Both the position numbers and the translations under genes were made by a program. Shown piece after piece: positions 27,705 through 36,624 of a stretch of DNA of 36,624 bases (within the stretch, counting starts at the first letter, position 1; the number at the start of each line of letters is the position of its first letter). The notes under the pieces are model-generated. The model ran no database searches. It was given only the letters and a program-made list of their open reading frames with translations, and had not been told where the DNA came from. The stretch comes from Pelomyxa schiedti (taxonomy: Eukaryota > Protista > Evosea). The stretch lies in assembly GCA_020536535.1 (NCBI GenBank), contig JAHLWZ010000202.1:1-36624 (forward strand). Reading direction: 5' to 3'.

Positions 27705-30070
27705 TTATTTTTCTCTTTTGAAAGCTCCGAAGCCAATTTCAAGGGTTTTCAAACAGTTGCAAGGGTGCTTCCCGCGGGGGTCTATTTTTAGCGCTAAAGG
27801 AACTTTTCGTAGTTGGTAGCACCCTTTGCTTTGTAACAAAGTCCATCCCAGGATGGGTTGAGCAAGTTGTGAAGAGGAAGAATTGATTTGTGTGGTGCTC
27901 TTCTTTGGGTCTGTGGTGGAATTTGAACTGGTTGCTGTGACGAACCTCTTGTTGTGGTTGCTCCAGCCATTCGATGTGTTGATGGCAAGCTCGATGACGA
28001 GGGTATTTCCTGCACGGGTTGTATTTGGGAAGATGATGATGATGGCTTGTGCGGAGTGGGTGATGGAGAGTGGGAGTTGGAGTGTGACCTCACACCGGGA
28101 TGTTGGTTGTCCTGTGGTGCTGCTGAGTGCTGTTGTGCCTGGTTCTGTGTGATTTGTGCGTGGTTGTTGTTGTTGTTGCTGCTGCTGCTGTTGCTTCTGA
28201 GCTTGAAGAAGCAGTAGTTTACACAACGCAACGCCATCCGGTGACATCGCCAACGCAGAGAGAGCCGCCGTTTGCAATTGGAGTAAGTCGGGTTCCGCGG
28301 GAGGTATCTCTCTCTGGGGAATTGGATTAGTGCTTTCTTCTCGCAGTGGTGGTTGTGTTGTACTCACTCTTTTTTTGGCAGCGGATGCCCGTGAATTCCG
28401 CTAAAAACTGTTCAGATTGCGGGCACAGAAGTGAAAAGGTTTTGGCAGCGGTGCAGTTCGTTGTTCTGCGAGAAGCTGCAGTTCAGTTGGTGGTGGTACG
28501 GCACTATCTGCCGGGAAAGAACCGCCTGGAGAGCGTACGGGAGATGGAGAGCAAGACGATGGCTGGTTGTGGGAACGGGGATTCGTAACGATGACGAGAG
28601 GAGAATACGGTTGCGCGATTCTTTCCCTGACTCATCACCAAGCATCGTGATGGGTAGCGATTCACCATAAATCTTTCTTCAGATTGAGCCCGATGCATCG
28701 CCAATGGGAAGCACTGCATCGCCGATCATTGGGCGATTTTATCTTCAGCGTTAATATTATGGAGGACTTTGTCAGAGAAGATGGCACCCTGTACAATATT
28801 GTAGAGGCAGGGAGCCCTAGTTGTGCCAGATGTGCCTCACACTGCTGTAGTGATTGCAGCGACTTCTGCTTGAACTCCTGGGAACTTGCCTGATCAGGGT
28901 GAACATCGAGCACACGACCACCACCCCTGGTGAAAAATTCTTCCAGCTTGTGCTGAATGGCCTCAAAAGGGCACGATTCTGCGACCCACGAAAACAGAGA
29001 CGGCAGCAGCTCCAATTCTGGTTTCGAACTGAAGTATTTTCCAGCTTGACTCAAGTCGACGAATATTATCGCAGGAGCCAACATCCTCCACGTAAGTTTG
29101 CGCTCCATACAGTCAGTCAGCAATCAGTTTGTGTGACTGTGATGGGATCCAGTTCATGCAATACAAGGTCAGGAGCCATGGATCATCCACTTGAGAAAGC
29201 GCCTTCTGCAAATCAGCGACGGGAAGCGATGAGGAAGGAATGCCACGAGAGGATGGTTTTGAGTGCAAAAGCGTGCTTGTTGAGTTTCCGGTAACCAATG
29301 TCAGGGTGAATGTCACTGGCCTTGATTGGGAATCGGATGTGGTGGTGTTTTTTTTGGAGGGGGGATGAGAAGACAGCAGCCTTTTCATGAAGGTTTCAGG
29401 TGAGGATGACATTAACCCTTCATGAAGCAAGTTGTCCCGGAGCCAATTGAGGGTGTCACTGAGGCATCCAATCCTGACCAACCCAACAAGTTCATCATCA
29501 ATGAACTTGACAGCTTGATCTTGGTGGTTCTTGAAAAGTGGGAGCAAGAAGTTGGTTGCAAATTTGTAAATTTGGGGGTTGTTGGAGTCGTGTAGTGGTG
29601 GCAAAAATCAGCCGGGCATCCTTTCCGAGGTACACAAGTGGGAACAGCAGGATCTTCAGAGAGCTTGTGAAAATGAGAACTAGCTGTGTTTACCTCGGCC
29701 AGTATTTCAGGCTGGGCGGCCAAGTGCTGAAAAATGAGGGGATTGTTGTTCTCACACACAGCTTTGAGGATAAGGCACAAGCTGCCAGGAAGTAGATTCC
29801 CATGCGTTAACTCCACCCATTTTCGGTACATTTTTTCAAAAGCAGGCACAGCTTCTGCTGTCTTGTTCCTTGCTGCTCTGCACGTCATATTTGGCAGGCA
29901 CTTTTGGAAATTCTCGTCACCATCGCAAGCATCGGGAGTAAGAACGGTCTCCCAGAATGGTCGGTCGTACGAGTCCACGTCAATTATGTCGCCGGCGCAG
30001 GGCACTGACTCTGGGTTAGCATGCACCCAATTCAAATACGCACGGAAAAATTGTGGGATTGCAGTCTGAG
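27705..30070 (-). pseudogene. Long intronless frameshifted ORF of unknown function
   Basis: Abutting or overlapping ORFs in successive frames (29412-30035, 29113-29604, 28662-29123, 28504-28719, 28412-28645, 27705-28367) read as one protein. One junction is a 4-nt duplication (CAGTCAGTCAG at about 29110-29120). Confidence 0.55.
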
Positions 30071-30238
30071 TCCTCGCTTGCTGTTCGTGGTGGTTGTCTC
30101 GACGTCGATGCGATGCAGTTGCATCTCGAAGATGTCACGAGCCGCCGTGGTGTTTACGTTGACCACCCGGAACCTCAAGGAATGGTGACGACGTCGTCGA
30201 TGATTACGATTGCCGCGTTGCCTGCTGTTGCTGTAAGA

Positions 30239-30305
30239 CACCGATCAACAGAGGCTCATTTTGCCGGAAAGCAACGCGAGGACGGCAGCCCCCTCGGTGC
30301 TCAGG
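30239..30305 (+). pseudogene. Degenerate ubiquitin fragment
   Basis: CACCGATCAACAGAGGCTCATTTTGCCGGAAAGCAACGCGAGGACGGCAGCCCCCTC-GGTGCTCAGG matches ubiquitin codons about 38-56 fused to VLR (70-72). It carries a 1-nt deletion, an L50R change and an internal deletion. Confidence 0.85.
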
Positions 30306-30618
30306 TTTTTTCGTAGCCAACATACCTTGTAGTTTTGGGACTCACACTTTCTATTTTATTTTGGCATCAACGGGGCAACAGAGGCCCTGGTTCTCTGTAT
30401 CCGGTGAAGGGAAATTCTGGAATGTCTGGAGCACATCTGGACCGTACACATTCTACCGTTTCGTGATCTTTCCAGCCTCTGAGGAGCATCACGTCGCAAG
30501 ATCCGAAGACCAAAAAATTAAAAGTTTTGTTCTCAACCATTTCTATTCACATGGGGAGGGGCTCTCTACAATTCAGCACGGGCACCTCCCCTTTAAAAAA
30601 AAATCATGCTGTGTCGCA

Positions 30619-31475
30619 TCAAATTTGGCTTTCTTTGCAGCCGGCAGCTGTCGTGAATTGACTGCTCCCACCTTCCGGGAGTTCTTGCACTTCCTCTGTG
30701 GTTCTATGACTGTCGATGCGGTGTTTCATTGTATCGGTTGCGTCGGGACCTCTCAGCCGTTGGTTGTCACAGGGTGGTGATGATACTGCTGCTGCTCTGA
30801 TTCTTGAAATCGGCGCGGTTGGTGGACTTGTCACAACTCTCTCAAGGAGGTTCTGGAAGCAATCGCTCATGCAAGAAAGGCTTCTTTCCGAATACAACAC
30901 AGGGTCGTGGTCAAACGTCATCTTGATGGTCTCGCCACCACCGAAGCCGGATGTTGTTGGTGCTGCCGGTGACGGTGATGACAGGGATGACGATGACATT
31001 ATGGCTGACAGAGCAAGTGCGAAAGGTATCCGCTCTCTCGCGGAGCATCCCTTCACGGCCAAGTTTGTGAGGTGGTATTGCTCAAAGGAGGGAGAGGGGA
31101 AGTTGTGGAACTTGAAGAGAGTTCGAAACAGAGATGACTGGGCTCCGGGCAGCACGGCTTCCATGATCTCATCTGGTTGAACACAGCAGCCGTGTTGTGG
31201 AATGTCAAAGAGGATGTGCCGGTGCAGCTGCGAAATGGCTTCGGAGAGCGTGACTGTTTTCGTGAAGCGCAAACGAACCGGCATTGCGGTGATGAACAGA
31301 CCGACTCCTTCGCCGATGTTATCCACTTCCTCGGGCCTTCCGGAATAAACAGTGCCGAATGTCACTTCCGCGGGCGTTCCTGCTGGTTCCGAGAGAGTGC
31401 GGAGAACCAGACCCCAAATCAATTGGAGGATCACGTTCACGGTTGTGCTGTGTGACTTGGCGAAATCCTGCACTT
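30619..31475 (-). CDS. NRPS condensation domain, C-terminal lobe (DCL-like); 5' part lost in the assembly gap
   Basis: Sequence FAKSHSTTVNVILQLIWGLVL, EVTFGTVYSGRP, VGLFITAMPVR, LFRTLFKFHNFP, PFALAL and FDHDPVLYS..SLSCMSDCFQNLL follows the C-domain consensus WGLVL..DVVFGTVVSGRP..VGLFINTLPVR..LFDTLFVFENYP. Confidence 0.85.
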
Positions 31476-31575
31476 NNNNNNNNNNNNNNNNNNNNNNNNN
31501 NNNNNNNNNNNNNNNNNNNNNNNNNNNNNNNNNNNNNNNNNNNNNNNNNNNNNNNNNNNNNNNNNNNNNNNNNNN

Positions 31576-32781
<1,206 letters not shown>

Positions 32782-32989
32782 ATAAAACCACCCCACCACA
32801 CAACATTCCTTTCCCACCCTTGTAGTATTTTGAATAATCAAAAAAACACATTTCGTTGCTCATAAACCTATGAATGTATTGTGCCCTCAAGTCTCTTCCC
32901 GGATGAAGCTAGCCTGGTACAACATTCCTTACATTAACAAAGGAACTGAAAACTTAAAAAATCGCTCTTATTACTCTTGTTAATAAGGT

Positions 32990-33612
32990 TTTTTTGTCCA
33001 AAGGGCGTGGTCCCCACCCCAGCTGCGAAGTGGCAAATGGCTAATGTGGGAGCGTCGGCTGCAAACGGACACCAATCGAGCGGTCAGAAAGAAAAAGCTG
33101 CAACTGTGGAGCACCGAAAAATTCTTGGATTTGGCATATCATTGGTGTGAATGGTGGTACCACTGGTGTGACTTGTTGTTATTGGAGTGGGAACTGCCGT
33201 TGCGACTGTCATGATTGTGGAGAGCTTCTTCTTGGGTGTGGAGAAAGTGGAACTTGGCTGTGGGAGGGTTGGTGTGGTGAGCAGTCGGGATAATTACTGA
33301 GTTGTGTGCCTTCCATCCGTTCACGGGTAGGGTTGGGTGCCAGTAGAGTGCCAGCGCAAGGGTATCACAGTGCAGTGCAGCCAGACAGCCAGTCAGTGCG
33401 TGAGGTTACTCAACCGCGTGATTACGGGGCTCACTCCGTGTCAGTGCCACCATGTACGGTCAGGCATTTGGCGTGGGCAAAATAGGCAGCCCTGAGGGTT
33501 AAAGTGAGTGTTGTGCCAACATGAGTGAGGGTTTTGTACCTCAGTCCGATGTGAAACACCGCATATCTTGCATGAGACCGTGCTAAGCGGTACGGCTGTT
33601 TCCACAAAAAGG
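32990..33612. mobile_element. Putative ~620-bp insertion downstream of locus C (also about 35871-36413 in D; absent in B)
   Basis: Locus B reads TAATAAGAGGTGACTCT. Loci C and D read TAATAAGGT-[..TTTTTGTCC...CCACAAA]-AAGGTGACTCT, giving an AAGGT direct repeat and a TTTTTGT/ACAAAAA inverted pair near the ends. Confidence 0.4.
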
Positions 33613-34665
33613 TGACTCTGTGGTTTGGGTTAGATTTTTCGTGGAGAAGAGAGAGTGTTCATTACCTTGGACAATACTTTGCGTTTTTTGAATAGTAAGT
33701 AGTAGTAAATAGCAGCTAGCTAGCTTGAGGGTACGAAAAGGGGGAGAAGGGGAATGAGGGGAGAAGCGGGAGAAACTGGGAGAAGAGTAAAGGGGTTGAC
33801 TGAGGGGTTACAACAAACAACAACAACTTTGAGTGGCCAATAGAATAATAAAATCCTTGTCATGTATTAATAATAGCAGCTAGCTAGCTTGAGGGTACGA
33901 AAAAGGGGAGAAGGGGAATGAGGGGAGAAGCGGGAGAAACTGGGAGAAGAGTAAAGGTTGTGAGGGTTATATGACAACAACAACAACAAGTACGAATACG
34001 AAAAATAGGGAAAACATACACCCCCATTCAATTTCATATATCCCAATATAACTCTGTGGTTTGGGTTAGATTTTTCGTGGAGAAGAGAGAGTGTTAAATC
34101 GATTGCCCGTGTGTGGTGGTAAATATTTTTGTGTTAAAGAAACGTGGTGGCTGTTGGTCATTGTTGTTGTTGAGCTGGGGAAGCCAAGGTGGCCGCGTGG
34201 TAGTGGATGATGATTGTTGTTGCCTGTGGGTGTGATTGGAGCTCATGAAGGTAGATGATGTCTTCGTGGCAGCGTGATCACCACGACGGCGTTGTTCCGT
34301 CCTCGCGACGTGCACGGTCCCATCATCGGGAGTGGCTGGGTCCTGCGGCGAAAGATTAGAGTTAGCGACGCCAACACACGTGGGTGAACAAAAACACGTA
34401 GAAAACAACGAACGGGGGGAGGGGGGGAGCGGAGAAAAAAACACACACGAGAGATCGGTACGTGTACCTGTTCACGTGTGCATCGAGGAGCGATATCGGG
34501 TTTGCGTTTCGGCACAGTCGCCCTCGCGATCGCGTGCGTGTCACTTTGGTTGGTTTTGGTTTTNNNNNNNNNNNNNNNNNNNNNNNNNNNNNNNNNNNNN
34601 NNNNNNNNNNNNNNNNNNNNNNNNNNNNNNNNNNNNNNNNNNNNNNNNNNNNNNNNNNNNNNNCA

Positions 34666-35664
<999 letters not shown>

Positions 35665-36624
35665 ATACAACACCCCACCACACAACATTCCTTTCCCACC
35701 CTTGTAGTATTTTGAATAATCAAAAAAAACACATTTCGTTGCTCATAAACCTATGAATGTATTGCCCCCAAGTCTCTTCCCGGATGAAGCTATCCTGGTA
35801 CAACATTTCTTACATTAACAAAGGAACCGAAAACTTAAAAAATCGCTCTTATTACTCTTGTTAATAAGGTCTTTTTGTCCAAAGGGCGTGGTCCCCACCC
35901 CAGCTGCGAAGTGGTAAATGGCTAATGTGGGAGCGTCGGCTGCAAACGCACACCAATCGAGCGGTCAGAAAGAAAAAGCTGCAACTGTGGAGCACCGAAA
36001 AATTTTTGGAATGGGCATATCATTGGTGTGAATGGTGGTACCACTGGTGTGACTTGTTGTTATTGGAGTGGGAACTGCCGTTGCGACTGTTATGATTGTG
36101 GAGAGCTTCTTCTTGGGTGTGGAGAAAGTGGAACTTGGCTGTGGGAGGGTTGCCAGCGCAAGGGTATCACAGTGCAGTGCAGCCAGACAGTCAGTCAGTG
36201 CGTGAGGTTACTCATCCGCGTGATTACAGGGCTCACTCCATGTCAGTGCCACCATGTACGGTCAGGCATTTGGCGTGGTCAAAATAGGCAGCCCTGAGGG
36301 TTAAAGTGAGTGTTGTGCAACATGAGTGAGGGTTTTGTACCTCAGTCCGATGTGAAACACCGCATATCTTGCAGGAGACAGTGCTAAGCGGTACGGTTGT
36401 TTCCACAAAAAGGTGACTCTGGGGTTTGGGTTAGATTTTTCGTGGAGAAGAGAGAGTGTTCATTACCTTGGACAATACTTTGCGTTTTTTGAATAGTAGT
36501 AGTAATAGCAGCTAGCTAGCTTGAGGGTACGAAAAGGGGGAGAAGGGGAATGAGGGGAGAAGCGGGAGAAACTGGGAGAAGAGTAAAGGGGTTGACTGAG
36601 GGGTTACAACAAACAACAACAACT
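35665..36624 (+). repeat. Near-identical duplicate of the locus C 3' flank (32782 to about 33830)
   Basis: Colinear sequence with scattered substitutions and one 79-nt indel (33272-33350 is present only in C). Confidence 0.9.

Noticed and set aside
33420-33440. RNase MRP CR-V-like motif ACGGGGCTCACTC
   Set aside because: No upstream GAAAGTCCCC CR-I partner to form helix P4.

Overview
Eukaryotic (protist-like) scaffold with short GT-AG introns (mostly about 45-55 nt), tight gene spacing, low-complexity protein tracts and three 100-N gaps (725-824, 31476-31575, 34564-34663). It holds four polyubiquitin loci, one of them complete (25005-26630). A housekeeping block contains DUS3-like tRNA dihydrouridine synthase, SRPK, a membrane ORF, VPS20/CHMP6, a DHA2-type MFS transporter and a large ankyrin-repeat gene. 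A rearranged accessory zone (26.6-36.6 kb) holds duplicated flanks, a frameshifted intronless pseudogene, a ubiquitin relic and an NRPS condensation domain. Four observations stand out. (1) A tRNA gene at 4030-4169 has a CUA (amber-reading) anticodon, a Tyr-like C1:G72/A73 acceptor and a structured ~66-nt insertion in the D-loop. (2) Every polyubiquitin gene whose end is visible stops after Leu73, so the last unit lacks RGG. (3) An ~85-bp-arm hairpin at 27199-27397 has mismatches that are mostly G-U on the + strand, like a pre-miRNA. (4) A bacterial-type DCL-like NRPS C domain is contiguous with host-type sequence. All exon models were read by eye and no database searches were run.
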